Assembly: GCA_050186295.1 (NCBI GenBank)
Contig: JBFWYP010000006.1
Location: 65,336 to 129,335, forward strand
Origin: Thermoanaerobaculia bacterium
GTDB taxonomy: Bacteria > Acidobacteriota > Thermoanaerobaculia > Multivoradales > JAGPDF01
Reading direction: 5' to 3'
DNA length: 64,000 nt
Shown here: piece by piece, positions 1 to 9,199 of the stretch
Numbering within the stretch: the stretch's first letter is position 1
Layout: each line of letters begins with the position of its first letter
Notes under the pieces: model-generated
Database searches by the model: none
The model's input: only the letters and a program-made list of their open reading frames with translations
What the model was told of the DNA's origin: nothing
Program-made: the position numbers and the translations under genes

Positions 1-1491
1 CATCCCAGCGAAGGGACCAAGGGGCGCGCCATCGGCTACGTCTTCCGCGGCCCGGTGAGCCAGCGCGAGGACGGCGAGCTGGTCGGCGGCGAGCCGGATG
101 AGACCGCCTGGAAGCTCGACTGGGAACACACCGCCGAGAAGTTGCCGTTCGGCCTGCGCGGCGTCATCGACATCGAGCACTACAGCGATTTCGAGCTCTT
201 CCGCGATTTCGAACGCGGCGAGAGCCAGAACACCCGCCGCTTCATCTACTCGAACGCCTTCCTCTCCGGCAACTGGGGGGTCCAGTCGGCGACCCTCCTC
301 CTCGACCAGCGCGAGACGTTCCTCGGCGACGGACAGGAGACGGTAACCCAGCGTCAGCTCCCCGAGCTCGACTATCGGCTTCGCGAGCGCAAGCTGGGCG
401 ATCTTCCGCTCTACCTCTCGGTCGCCGGCAACGCCAGCTTCCTGCAGGCCGAGCGTGACGGCTCCTACGACGCGGGCTACGGCCGGTTCGACCTCCAGCC
501 CGAGCTCAAGCTGCCGCTGCGCCCGGCCACCTGGCTCTCGATGGCGCTGACCGCGGGCGGTCGTGCCACCTGGTGGGGCGACACCTTCTCGACGCGCGAG
601 GTCGATCCGGTCACCGGCGTCGCCGAGCAGCGCTGCGGCGATCGTGCCGCCGAGGACGGCGAGATCTACTGCGGCGAGACGCTCACGCGTGTCTATCCGA
701 CGGCGACGTTCGAGATGGTCGGTCCGTCGTTCTCGAAGATCTTCGATCACGGCGGCGACACCTTCGCCAAGTTCAAGCACGTGATCGAGCCGCGGGTCAC
801 CTACGGTTACCTCGGCGATTTCGAGGAGCAGGACCGGGTTCCGCAGTTCGACGAGATCGACATCCTGCGCCCGTCGAATCTCGTCGAGGTGTCGCTCATC
901 AACCGTCTGCTCGCGAAGCCGTCGGACGAGACCCGCGGCGGGGCGTTCGAGATCCTCTCCTTCGAGCTCGCCCAGGCCTACTCTCTCGACGACCAGCAGC
1001 CGCTGCAGAAGTCGCGCGACGGTCAGACGACCTCCTCGGAGAGCTCGATCTTCGCCAAGCTGCGATTCAACCCGTCGAAGGCCTTCTCGCTGCAGGCGCA
1101 GGCCGCCTACAGCACCCTCTTCTCGGGGCTCGATTCGACCTCGATCTCCGGCAACGCCAGGCTGCGGCGCGCCGACCTCGGGCTCACCTGGTTCACGCGC
1201 TACGACGCCGAGCGCAGCGAGACGACTTCCGACCAGGTGCGGCTCTCGTTCGGTCTCGACATCGTGCCGCAGCGGCTGCGCCTCGACGGCCAGATCAACT
1301 ACGACATCGAGACGGCGGAGATCCAGCAGCAGCGCTACTTCCTCAACTACACCTCGCAGTGCTGGAGCGTGCGGGTCGAGGCGCGCGAGTTCACGCGCTC
1401 GCAGATCGTCGAGCGCGACTACCGGATCGCGATCACCTTCAAGAACGTCGGCACCTTCCTCGACATCACCGGCGGCCTCTCCGGCGACTGA
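1..1491 (+). CDS. lptD: Outer-membrane LPS-assembly protein LptD-like, C-terminal part (5'-truncated by window edge)
   Basis: Frame 1 is open from nt 1 with no stop until 1489-1491. The composition is amphipathic and beta-barrel-like and resembles the LptD/OstA C-terminal domain. The call rests on my recollection of the family, not a search. Confidence 0.5.
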   Translation, partial: HPSEGTKGRAIGYVFRGPVSQREDGELVGGEPDETAWKLDWEHTAEKLPFGLRGVIDIEHYSDFELFRDFERGESQNTRRFIYSNAFLSGNWGVQSATLLLDQRETFLGDGQETVTQRQLPELDYRLRERKLGDLPLYLSVAGNASFLQAERDGSYDAGYGRFDLQPELKLPLRPATWLSMALTAGGRATWWGDTFSTREVDPVTGVAEQRCGDRAAEDGEIYCGETLTRVYPTATFEMVGPSFSKIFDHGGDTFAKFKHVIEPRVTYGYLGDFEEQDRVPQFDEIDILRPSNLVEVSLINRLLAKPSDETRGGAFEILSFELAQAYSLDDQQPLQKSRDGQTTSSESSIFAKLRFNPSKAFSLQAQAAYSTLFSGLDSTSISGNARLRRADLGLTWFTRYDAERSETTSDQVRLSFGLDIVPQRLRLDGQINYDIETAEIQQQRYFLNYTSQCWSVRVEAREFTRSQIVERDYRIAITFKNVGTFLDITGGLSGD

Positions 1492-1504
1492 GGCGCCTCC
1501 GGCG

Positions 1505-2362
1505 ATGCGCTATCTGGTCCTCGGCGGGTCGGGAATCGTCGGCCGCGCGGTCGTCGCGGAGGCTGCACGTCGCGGAGCCGACGTCACACCCCGTTCGCGC
1601 GCGGAGACCGACATCACGAGCCGCGGGGAGGTGGCGCGGGCGATCGCCGCGAGCCGGCCCGATCTGGTCGTCAACTGCGCGGCTTTCACCGCGGTCGACC
1701 GCTGCGAGTCGGAGCGGGAGCGGGCGTTCGCGGTGAACGGGGAGGCGGTCGGCGTGGTGGCGGAGGAGACGGCGCGGGCCGGCGCCCGCCTGATCCACCT
1801 CTCGACCGACTACGTCTTCGACGGCGCAGGGTCCGAACCGTACGCGGAGGATCACCCGACGGCACCGCGGTCGGTCTACGGCGCGAGCAAGCTCGCGGGG
1901 GAAGAGCTGGCGCTGGCCCGGAAGGGCAGCCTCGTCGTGCGGACCAGCTGGATCTTCGGGTCGGGCGGGCCCAACTTCGTCGACGCCATCGCCGGCAAGC
2001 TCCGGGCCGGGGAGCGGTCGCTCCGGGTGGTCGCGGACCAGCGCGGCGGACCGACCTACGCCCCGTTTCTGGCGTCCGCCCTGCTGGATCTGGGAGAATG
2101 GGGCGTGGACGGCATCGTCCACTACCAGAATCGACCCGTGGTCAGCTGGTTCGAGCTGGCGGCTTCGATCGCCCGGGAACTGGGTTCCGGGGCCGAGGTC
2201 GTGCCGGTCTCGACTGCCGAGGTGCCGCGGCCGGCCCCCCGGCCCGCCTACTCGGTTCTGTCGGTCGAACGATTCGAGCGCCGCGCGGCGAGGTCCGTCG
2301 AGGCGTGGAGCGAGGGCCTGAAGCGGCACCTCGCGGAGAGAGACAAGGGAGTCACGGAATGA
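1505..2362 (+). CDS. rfbD: dTDP-4-dehydrorhamnose reductase (RmlD family)
   Basis: N-terminal Rossmann motif LVLGGSGIVGRAV. Conserved block STDYVFDG and the overall ~285-aa architecture are typical of RmlD. ATG at 1505. Confidence 0.8.
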   Translation: MRYLVLGGSGIVGRAVVAEAARRGADVTPRSRAETDITSRGEVARAIAASRPDLVVNCAAFTAVDRCESERERAFAVNGEAVGVVAEETARAGARLIHLSTDYVFDGAGSEPYAEDHPTAPRSVYGASKLAGEELALARKGSLVVRTSWIFGSGGPNFVDAIAGKLRAGERSLRVVADQRGGPTYAPFLASALLDLGEWGVDGIVHYQNRPVVSWFELAASIARELGSGAEVVPVSTAEVPRPAPRPAYSVLSVERFERRAARSVEAWSEGLKRHLAERDKGVTE

Positions 2363-3342
2363 AGCGTGTACTGATCACCGGAATCACCGGCTTCGCCGGT
2401 TCGCATCTCGCGGAGTATTTTCTCGCCGAGCGCCCCGAAATCGAGGTCTACGGCACCTATCGCTGGCGCAGCCGGCGCGAGAACATCGAGGGAATCGAGG
2501 AGCGCCTGAACCTCCTGGAGTGCGATCTCTCCGATGCCGTCGCGGTGCGCAAGACGCTCGAAACCTGCCGCCCGGACGCGATCTTCCACCTCGCGGCACA
2601 GAGCTTCGTGCCGTCGTCCTGGGTGGCCCCGCTGCAGACCCTGAACGACAACGTGGCGGGTCAGGCGAACATCTTCGAGGCGGTGCGCTCCCTGGGGCTC
2701 GACCCGGCGATCCAGATCGCCTGCTCGTCCGAGGAGTACGGGCTCGTGCTCCCCGACGAGGTGCCGATCAGGGAGACGAATCCGCTGCGGCCGCTCTCCC
2801 CCTACGCGGTCTCCAAGGTGACCCAGGACTTCCTCGCCTACCAGTACTTCATGAGCTACGGCATCCGGGCGATCCGCACGCGCGGGTTCAACCACACCGG
2901 ACCCCGGCGCGGCGAGGTCTTCGTGACCTCGAACTTCTCGAAGCAGATCGCCTCGATCGAAGCCGGGATCCAGGAGCCGGTCATCCGGGTCGGCAACCTC
3001 GACGCGGTGCGCGACTTCACGGACGTGCGCGACATGGTCCGTGGCTACGTGCTGGCAGTCGAGAAGGGCAAGCCGGGCGAGGTCTACAACCTCGCCTCCG
3101 GCAACGCCATCACCATCCGCGCGCTGCTCGACAAGCTGATCGCGATGGCCAGGGTCGAAGTGAAGGTCGAGACCGACCCGACGCGGCTCCGCCCGTCGGA
3201 CGTCGAGGTCCTGATCGGCGACGCCTCGAAGTTCCGGGCCGACACCGGCTGGGAGCCGAAGATCCCCTTCGACCAGACGCTGAACGACCTCCTCGAGTAC
3301 TGGCGGGAGCGCGTCGCGCGCCGCCTGCCGGCGCCGGCGTAA
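2359..3342 (+). CDS. NAD-dependent sugar-nucleotide epimerase/reductase (GDP-4-keto-6-deoxymannose reductase Rmd-like SDR)
   Basis: GITGFAGSHL Rossmann motif, catalytic YAVSK, and the VGNLDAVRDFTDVRD block typical of Rmd/Gmd-like extended SDRs. The ATG overlaps the rmlD stop (ATGA at 2359-2362). Confidence 0.6.
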   Translation: MKRVLITGITGFAGSHLAEYFLAERPEIEVYGTYRWRSRRENIEGIEERLNLLECDLSDAVAVRKTLETCRPDAIFHLAAQSFVPSSWVAPLQTLNDNVAGQANIFEAVRSLGLDPAIQIACSSEEYGLVLPDEVPIRETNPLRPLSPYAVSKVTQDFLAYQYFMSYGIRAIRTRGFNHTGPRRGEVFVTSNFSKQIASIEAGIQEPVIRVGNLDAVRDFTDVRDMVRGYVLAVEKGKPGEVYNLASGNAITIRALLDKLIAMARVEVKVETDPTRLRPSDVEVLIGDASKFRADTGWEPKIPFDQTLNDLLEYWRERVARRLPAPA

Positions 3343-3358
3343 ACGGATCCCCCGGCCG

Positions 3359-4264
3359 ATGGCCCATCGCGTTCTCGTCACGGGTGCCACCGGATTCGTC
3401 GGACGGCGCCTCGTGGCGCAGCTCGTCCGCTCGGGTCACGCGGTGGGCGGCGTGGCGATCGACGGTGCCGCGCAGATGACCGGGGTCGAATGGTTCGCTG
3501 TCGACGTCCGCGACGCCGGCGCGCTCGTGCGCGTCGTCGACGCGTTCTCACCCGACCGCATCGTCCATCTCGCGGCGCTCTCGCACGTCGGCGAGTCCTG
3601 GCGCCGGATCCCCGACTACTACGCGATCAACGTCGAAGGAGCGGGCAACCTGTTCTCCGCAGCCCGCGGGCGCGCGACGATCTTCATGTCGAGCGCCGAG
3701 GTCTACGGCCTCGTTCCGGATCACGAGCAGCCGATCCGCGAGATTCGCGCGCTCGCGCCGCGGACGCCGTACGCCCTCACCAAGGCGGCCGCCGAACGGA
3801 TGGCGCTCGCCGCCGGCGCCACGGTCGTGCGCTCGTTCAACCTGATCGGGCCGGGCCAGGCGACCAACTTCGCCCTGCCGGACTTCGCGGCACAGCTCGC
3901 CGCCATCGAACGCGGCGAGCGGCCGGCCGAGCTCGCCGTCGGCAATCTCTCCGCACGCCGCGACTTCGTACACGTCGACGACGCGGTCGACGCGCTCGTA
4001 CGGCTGGTGACGCGGCCGCAACCGGGGGAGATCTTCAACCTGGCGAGCGGCGAAGACCGCTCGATCTCGGAGCTGCTCGACAAGATGGTCGAGCTCGCCG
4101 GGATCGAGGTGCGGCGAGTCGAGGACCCGACGCGCCTCCGGCCGGTCGACGTGGCGCGCCTGTGCGGCGACGCGTCCCGTCTGCGGAATCTCGGCTGGGA
4201 GCCGCGCCGCGGCGTCGAGCGGGGCCTCGCGGACGTCCTGGCGGCGGCGCGGGAGAGCGCGTGA
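3359..4264 (+). CDS. NAD-dependent epimerase/dehydratase family protein (extended SDR)
   Basis: VTGATGFVGRRL Rossmann motif, YALTK catalytic dyad, and a VGNLSARRDFVHVDD block paralogous to the preceding gene. Confidence 0.65.
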   Translation: MAHRVLVTGATGFVGRRLVAQLVRSGHAVGGVAIDGAAQMTGVEWFAVDVRDAGALVRVVDAFSPDRIVHLAALSHVGESWRRIPDYYAINVEGAGNLFSAARGRATIFMSSAEVYGLVPDHEQPIREIRALAPRTPYALTKAAAERMALAAGATVVRSFNLIGPGQATNFALPDFAAQLAAIERGERPAELAVGNLSARRDFVHVDDAVDALVRLVTRPQPGEIFNLASGEDRSISELLDKMVELAGIEVRRVEDPTRLRPVDVARLCGDASRLRNLGWEPRRGVERGLADVLAAARESA

Positions 4265-5259
4265 AGATCCTCTTCACCGGGGCGACCGGATTCCTCGGCC
4301 GCCGGACCGTCGAGCGCCTGGCGCCGCATCACCAGCTGCGCCTGCTGCTCCGGCCGACCGCCTCCCGCGAGCGCTTCCCGGCCGGAGTCGAGTTCGTCAC
4401 CGGAGACGTCACCGATCGCGCGAGCGTCGCGGCGGCGACCGCGGGAGTCGACGCCATTGTCCACGCGGCGGCGCTGGTCAAGATCGCCGCGCCGGGGCGC
4501 GAGTTCGATCGCGTCAACATCGGCGGGCTCGAGAACGTCCTGGCGGCAGGCCGGTCCGCCAGCGTGTCGCGCATCCTCTACGTCTCGAGCTTCATCGCCC
4601 TCGGCCCGACCGAGAACGGCCCGGGCGGGGAGCTCGACGAGAGCGCCGCGATCGCCGATCGCCGCTGGATCAACGACTACGAGCGCACCAAGGCGATGGC
4701 CGATCGCCAGGCGCGCTTCGCGATCGAGAACGGCTGGCCGCTCGTGGTGGCCTACCCCGGCGTCATCTACGGACCGGGAGAGCTCACCGAGGGGAACATC
4801 GTCGTGCGCCACCTGCTGGACCTCGCCGGCGGCAAGCTCCCGGCGCTGCTCGGCAGGCCGGAGCGGCGCTGGAGCTACGTCTTCGTCGACGACGTCGCCG
4901 CCGGCCTCGTGGCGGCGCTCGAGCGGGCTCCGGTTGGTGGACGTTATGTACTCGGAGGCGAGAACGTCACCCAGGCGGCGTTCTACGCGCTGGTCGACGA
5001 GCTCGGCGGAATCCGTTCGCCCGCGCGCCGGATGCCGGACGGCGTCGCCCGTCTCGCCGGTGCCGCGATGAAGGGCTGGGCAGCGCTCCGCGGCACGGTG
5101 CCGCAGCTGACGCCGGACCTGGTCGAGATCTATCGTCACGACTGGGCCTACGATTCGAGCCGCGCGGTGCGCGAGCTGGGCTACGCGCCACGTTCGCTCC
5201 GCGACGGTCTCGGTGAGACGCTCGACTGGCTGCGGGAGATCGGTCGATGGCGCAGCTGA
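4261..5259 (+). CDS. NAD-dependent epimerase/dehydratase family protein (HpnA/dihydroflavonol-reductase-like SDR)
   Basis: GTG start at 4261 overlaps the upstream stop (GTGA). N-terminus ILFTGATGFLGRR is a Rossmann motif. The real gene is the C-terminal part of the 3490-5259 ORF. Confidence 0.6.
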   Translation: MKILFTGATGFLGRRTVERLAPHHQLRLLLRPTASRERFPAGVEFVTGDVTDRASVAAATAGVDAIVHAAALVKIAAPGREFDRVNIGGLENVLAAGRSASVSRILYVSSFIALGPTENGPGGELDESAAIADRRWINDYERTKAMADRQARFAIENGWPLVVAYPGVIYGPGELTEGNIVVRHLLDLAGGKLPALLGRPERRWSYVFVDDVAAGLVAALERAPVGGRYVLGGENVTQAAFYALVDELGGIRSPARRMPDGVARLAGAAMKGWAALRGTVPQLTPDLVEIYRHDWAYDSSRAVRELGYAPRSLRDGLGETLDWLREIGRWRS

Positions 5260-6590
5260 CCGCGGGCGAGCTGGGGCGGAAGCTGGTCCACATGGCAGTG
5301 GGCGGGATCGCCTTCGCCGTACGGCCGCTCGGACTCTGGGGCTCGCTCGCCGCCGCCACCGCGGCGATCGTGCACAACCTGTTTCTCTTCCCGCTCTACG
5401 GCGGGCGCCGGCTCTGGCGGGCGCACGAAGCCGAGCGCGGACGGGCCCTGGGCATCGTGCTCTATCCCGTGGCGGTCCTGCTCCTGCTCGTCGCCTTCCA
5501 CGCCCGCCTCGAGGTGGCGGCGGCGGCCTGGGGAATCCTCGCCTTCGGCGACGGCATGGCGAGCCTCGTCGGCATGTCGCTGGGAGGAACGAATCCGCTG
5601 CCCTGGAACGGACGCAAGAGCTGGGTGGGAACCGCGGCCTACACCCTCTTCGGAGGGATCGGCGCCACGCTCCTGCTGGTCTGGACCGCTCCGGGCACCT
5701 ACTCGCTGCCGTTCGCGCTCGCCATCGCGTTCGCGACTGCGCTCGTCGCCGCTCTCCTCGAGTCGCAGGCGCAGGGGCTCGACGACAACCTCGGCGTGCC
5801 ACTGGTCGCCGGGCTGCTGCTCTACTGCCTGACGATGACCGCCGGTCACTGGGGTGTCGTCGCGAGCGGCGGATTCGCCCGTGCCGCCGCGCTCGGAGTC
5901 GCCGTCAACGTCGTCCTCGCGGCGGCGGCCTGGCGGACCGGTGGCGTCGGCCGCGCCGGGGCGATCGTCGGGGTGCTCCTCGGGAGCACGATCTGGGCGT
6001 TCGCCGGCTGGCAGGGCTTCCTCCTGCTCTTCGTCTTCTTCGTTCTCGGGACGGCCGCGACCAAGCTCGGCTACGCGGCCAAGGCGGCCGCCGGGATCGC
6101 GCAGGAGAAGGGGGGGCGACGCGGACCCGGCAACGCCCTTTCCAAGACCTCGGTGCCGGCCGCGGCGGCGCTCTTCGCCGCGACCACCGGGCGCCCGACC
6201 CTCTTCCTCCTGGCGCTCGCCGGCGCCTTCGCGACGGCGGCCGCCGACACCGTCTCCTCGGAGGTCGGGAAGGCCTACGGCCGGCGGACCTTCCTGATCA
6301 CCACCCTGCGGTCCGTTCCGCGCGGTACGGACGGTGCGGTGTCGCTCGAAGGGACCCTGGCAGGCCTCCTGGCGGCGCTCGTCGTCGGGGCCATCGGCGC
6401 GGCGTGCGGGCTCTATCCGGGGAGCGGTGTCGTCGCCGTGGTCGCCGCGGCAATGGTGGCGACCACGGCGGAGAGTGTGGTCGGCGCGACGCTCGAGAAG
6501 CGCGGACTCCTCGACAACGACGCGGTCAACTTCCTCTGCTCGCTGGCCGGAGCGCTGGTCGCCGCCTTCGCGGCGCCGCTGGTCGCATGA
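5247..6590 (+). CDS. Polyprenol kinase-like (dolichol/phytol kinase family) N-terminal domain fused to DUF92 (TMEM19/VTE6-like) integral membrane domain
   Basis: Multi-TM protein. The N-half has the GDGMASLVG...NGRKSWVGT motif of CTP-dependent dolichol/phytol kinases. The C-half has the GGRRG..N...AADTVSSEVG signature of DUF92. It overlaps the upstream gene by 13 nt. Confidence 0.6.
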   Translation: MAQLTAGELGRKLVHMAVGGIAFAVRPLGLWGSLAAATAAIVHNLFLFPLYGGRRLWRAHEAERGRALGIVLYPVAVLLLLVAFHARLEVAAAAWGILAFGDGMASLVGMSLGGTNPLPWNGRKSWVGTAAYTLFGGIGATLLLVWTAPGTYSLPFALAIAFATALVAALLESQAQGLDDNLGVPLVAGLLLYCLTMTAGHWGVVASGGFARAAALGVAVNVVLAAAAWRTGGVGRAGAIVGVLLGSTIWAFAGWQGFLLLFVFFVLGTAATKLGYAAKAAAGIAQEKGGRRGPGNALSKTSVPAAAALFAATTGRPTLFLLALAGAFATAAADTVSSEVGKAYGRRTFLITTLRSVPRGTDGAVSLEGTLAGLLAALVVGAIGAACGLYPGSGVVAVVAAAMVATTAESVVGATLEKRGLLDNDAVNFLCSLAGALVAAFAAPLVA

Positions 6591-8161
6591 AGGGACGAAG
6601 CGCGAAGGAACAGAAGCCGGCGGGGGGCGAGACGTCCAGCCGGGCGCTCGACCTCCTGGCGGCCTGGGGGCCGGCGGCCGCGGTCCTCGTCCTGCACACG
6701 ATCTATGCGACCACCTTCGGCATCTTCCGCGACGAGCTCTACTACCTCTCCTGCGCCCGGCGCCTGGCCTGGGGTTACGTCGATCACCCGCCGCTCGTCG
6801 CCTGGCTGACCGCCGCCTGGACTGCGCTCTTCGGGAGCGGGCTCGCCACGCTGCGCTTCCTGCCGGCGCTGGCGGTGGCGGCGACGACCCGGGTCGTCGC
6901 TTCGACGGCGCGCGCCTGCGGTGGCGGGCGGTTCGCGTCGGCGCTCGCCGGGCTCGCCTTCGGCCTCGCGCCGATCGTGCTCGGCCTCGGCTCGGTCCTG
7001 TCGATGAACGCCTTCGACCTGCTCTTCTGGGCGATCCTGATGCGGCTCGTCGTGGCGCTCCTCGCCGGTGCGGACGAACGGCACTGGCTGACCTTCGGTG
7101 CGGTCGCCGGTGTCGGCCTGCTGAACAAGGTGAGCGTGCTCTTCGCCGGCTTCGGAATCGTCTGCGGGCTCGCCCTCGCGCGACGCTGGCAGATCCTGAA
7201 GAGCCGCTGGTTCTGGCTCGGCGGAGTCGTCGCCTTCGCGATCTTCCTGCCGCACCTCGTCTGGCAGCAGATCCACGGCTGGCCGACGCTCGAGTTCATG
7301 GAGAACGCCCGGAACTTCAAGAACGCCGACCTCGCGACCGCGGACTTCCTGCGCAAACAGCTCCTCAACACCGGCCCGGTGAACTGTCTCGTCTGGCTCC
7401 CCGGTCTCGCGGGGCTCTTCTTCCTCCGCGACTTCCGTCGTTTCCGCGCCTTCGGCTGGGCCTACCTCGCGATCCTCGCGCTGCTGCTCTCCACGGCCTC
7501 GAAGCCGTACTACCTGGCGCCGGCCTATGCGGTGCTCTTCGCCGCGGGCGCCGTGGCGATCGAGCGGTCGACGGCGCGGTGGCGCGGCAGGACGGCGATC
7601 CGCGCGGCGTTCGTGGCCCTCCTCGTGCTGCTCTCCCTGGCCGTCGCGCCGCTCGCCCGGCCGATGCTGCCGGTCGAGAGCTACCTGCGTTACGCGGCCC
7701 GCTTCGGCGAGAAGCCGGGGACGGACGAGAAGAAGGAGGTCGGGCGGCTGAAGCAGTTCTACGCCGACATGCAGGAGTGGCACGGACTCGCCGAATCGGT
7801 CGGGAGGGCGGCGGATCGGCTGTCACCCACGGAGCGCCGCGAGACCTGCGTCTTCGCCGAGAACTACGGCGAGGCCGGTGCGGTCGAGCGCTGGGCCGCC
7901 GAGCTCGACCTGCCGCCGGCGATCTCGGGACACAACAGCTGGTTCCTCTGGGGGCCGGGAGAGTGCCTCGGGAAGCCGACCCTGCTGGTCATCGCACGCG
8001 ACCGGGAGCGGCTCGACAAACTGTTCGCGAGCGTCGAACCGGGCGCCGAGTTCCACTGCCGGGACTGCATGCCGTACGAGAACGGACTCACGGTCTGGAT
8101 CGCGCGCGAGCCGCGGGTCGACCTCGAAGCACTCTGGCCGTCGATCAAGAACTTCAGTTGA
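6587..8161 (+). CDS. GT-C fold glycosyltransferase (ArnT/PMT-like, GT83/GT39 family)
   Basis: Polytopic membrane protein with the first-loop motif FRDELYYLSCARRLAWGYVDHPPL (RDE..Y, as in ArnT/PMT). Its ATG overlaps the upstream stop (ATGA at 6587-6590). Confidence 0.7.
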   Translation: MKGRSAKEQKPAGGETSSRALDLLAAWGPAAAVLVLHTIYATTFGIFRDELYYLSCARRLAWGYVDHPPLVAWLTAAWTALFGSGLATLRFLPALAVAATTRVVASTARACGGGRFASALAGLAFGLAPIVLGLGSVLSMNAFDLLFWAILMRLVVALLAGADERHWLTFGAVAGVGLLNKVSVLFAGFGIVCGLALARRWQILKSRWFWLGGVVAFAIFLPHLVWQQIHGWPTLEFMENARNFKNADLATADFLRKQLLNTGPVNCLVWLPGLAGLFFLRDFRRFRAFGWAYLAILALLLSTASKPYYLAPAYAVLFAAGAVAIERSTARWRGRTAIRAAFVALLVLLSLAVAPLARPMLPVESYLRYAARFGEKPGTDEKKEVGRLKQFYADMQEWHGLAESVGRAADRLSPTERRETCVFAENYGEAGAVERWAAELDLPPAISGHNSWFLWGPGECLGKPTLLVIARDRERLDKLFASVEPGAEFHCRDCMPYENGLTVWIAREPRVDLEALWPSIKNFS

Positions 8162-8189
8162 ACGGGTAGACTCCGGACGATCCACTCCG

Positions 8190-9197
8190 ATGAAGAAATT
8201 CGACCTCTACGTGCAGCTCTCGCGGCCGTTCACCCTGCTGCCGCCGCTCCTCGGCATCATCTCCGGCGCGATCTGCGCCTGGGGGTCGGTGCACAATCCG
8301 GATCCGGCGCGCCATCTCTCGCTCTCGGTGCTCGCCACCGTCGCGCTGGGATCGCTCTGCGCCTCGTTCCTCAACGCCGCGTCGAACGCGATCAACCAGA
8401 TCACCGATCTCGACATCGACCGCCTGAACAAGCCGAACCGGCCGCTGGTCACGGGTGCGCTCTCGCTCCGCGAGGGCTGGACGTTCACCTGGATCTTCTA
8501 CGCCCTGGCGATCGTTCCGACCTGGGCGGTGGTCGTCTTTCCGTACACCCACTTCGGCGCCAAGATCGTCGCTCCGCTCCCCTGGCACGAGACCTTCTTC
8601 ATCTACCTCGCCGGCCTGGTCTTCACGCTGATCTACTCGGTGCCGTCGTGGGGCCGGACCAAGGCGCGCGGCATGCTCGCGAACTGGACCATCGCCATTC
8701 CGCGCGGCTGTCTCCTCAAGGTGGCCGGCTGGGCGATGGTGGCGCGGATCGGCCACTGGGAGCCGTGGGCGATCGGCGGCATCTTCATGCTCTTCCTGGT
8801 CGGCGCCGCCTCGACCAAGGACTTCGCCGACATGAAGGGGGACGCCGCCGGCGGCTGCAGGACGCTGCCGATCCTGCACGGGGCGAAGAAGGCGGCCTGG
8901 ATCATCGCTCCGTTCTTCGTGCTGCCGTGGATGCTGATTCCGCTCTTCGCCTGGCTCCCGGATCCGCAGGCGCCAGCCGGCGCCGCGCACGCCATCCTCA
9001 CCGGCAACCGCCTGGCGCTCACCGGACTGGGCGCGCTGCTCACCGCCTGGGGGATCTACACCGTCTACCTCATCCTGCGCGATCCGGAAGAGCTCACCCG
9101 CTCCGAGAATCACCCCAGCTGGCGGCAGATGTACCTGATGATGATGGCCGCCCAGATCGGCTTCGCGGTCGCCTATCTGATCCCGCACGGTTCCTGA
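8190..9197 (+). CDS. UbiA-family polyprenyl(phospho)transferase
   Basis: Asp-rich motif NAINQITDLDIDRLNKPNRPLVTG (N...D...D plus R.PL..G) and about 8 TM segments. Confidence 0.75.
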   Translation: MKKFDLYVQLSRPFTLLPPLLGIISGAICAWGSVHNPDPARHLSLSVLATVALGSLCASFLNAASNAINQITDLDIDRLNKPNRPLVTGALSLREGWTFTWIFYALAIVPTWAVVVFPYTHFGAKIVAPLPWHETFFIYLAGLVFTLIYSVPSWGRTKARGMLANWTIAIPRGCLLKVAGWAMVARIGHWEPWAIGGIFMLFLVGAASTKDFADMKGDAAGGCRTLPILHGAKKAAWIIAPFFVLPWMLIPLFAWLPDPQAPAGAAHAILTGNRLALTGLGALLTAWGIYTVYLILRDPEELTRSENHPSWRQMYLMMMAAQIGFAVAYLIPHGS

Positions 9198-9199
9198 GG

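Noticed and set aside
3721-5802. 693-aa minus-strand ORF and other 100-400-aa Arg-rich ORFs antisense to the epimerase, kinase and GT genes (for example 573-1736, 1466-2329, 2248-3390, 6413-7783, 8154-9476)
   Set aside because: They are GC-mirror artefacts with low-complexity RRRP/AGR composition. Each overlaps a gene with clear motifs on the other strand or frame.
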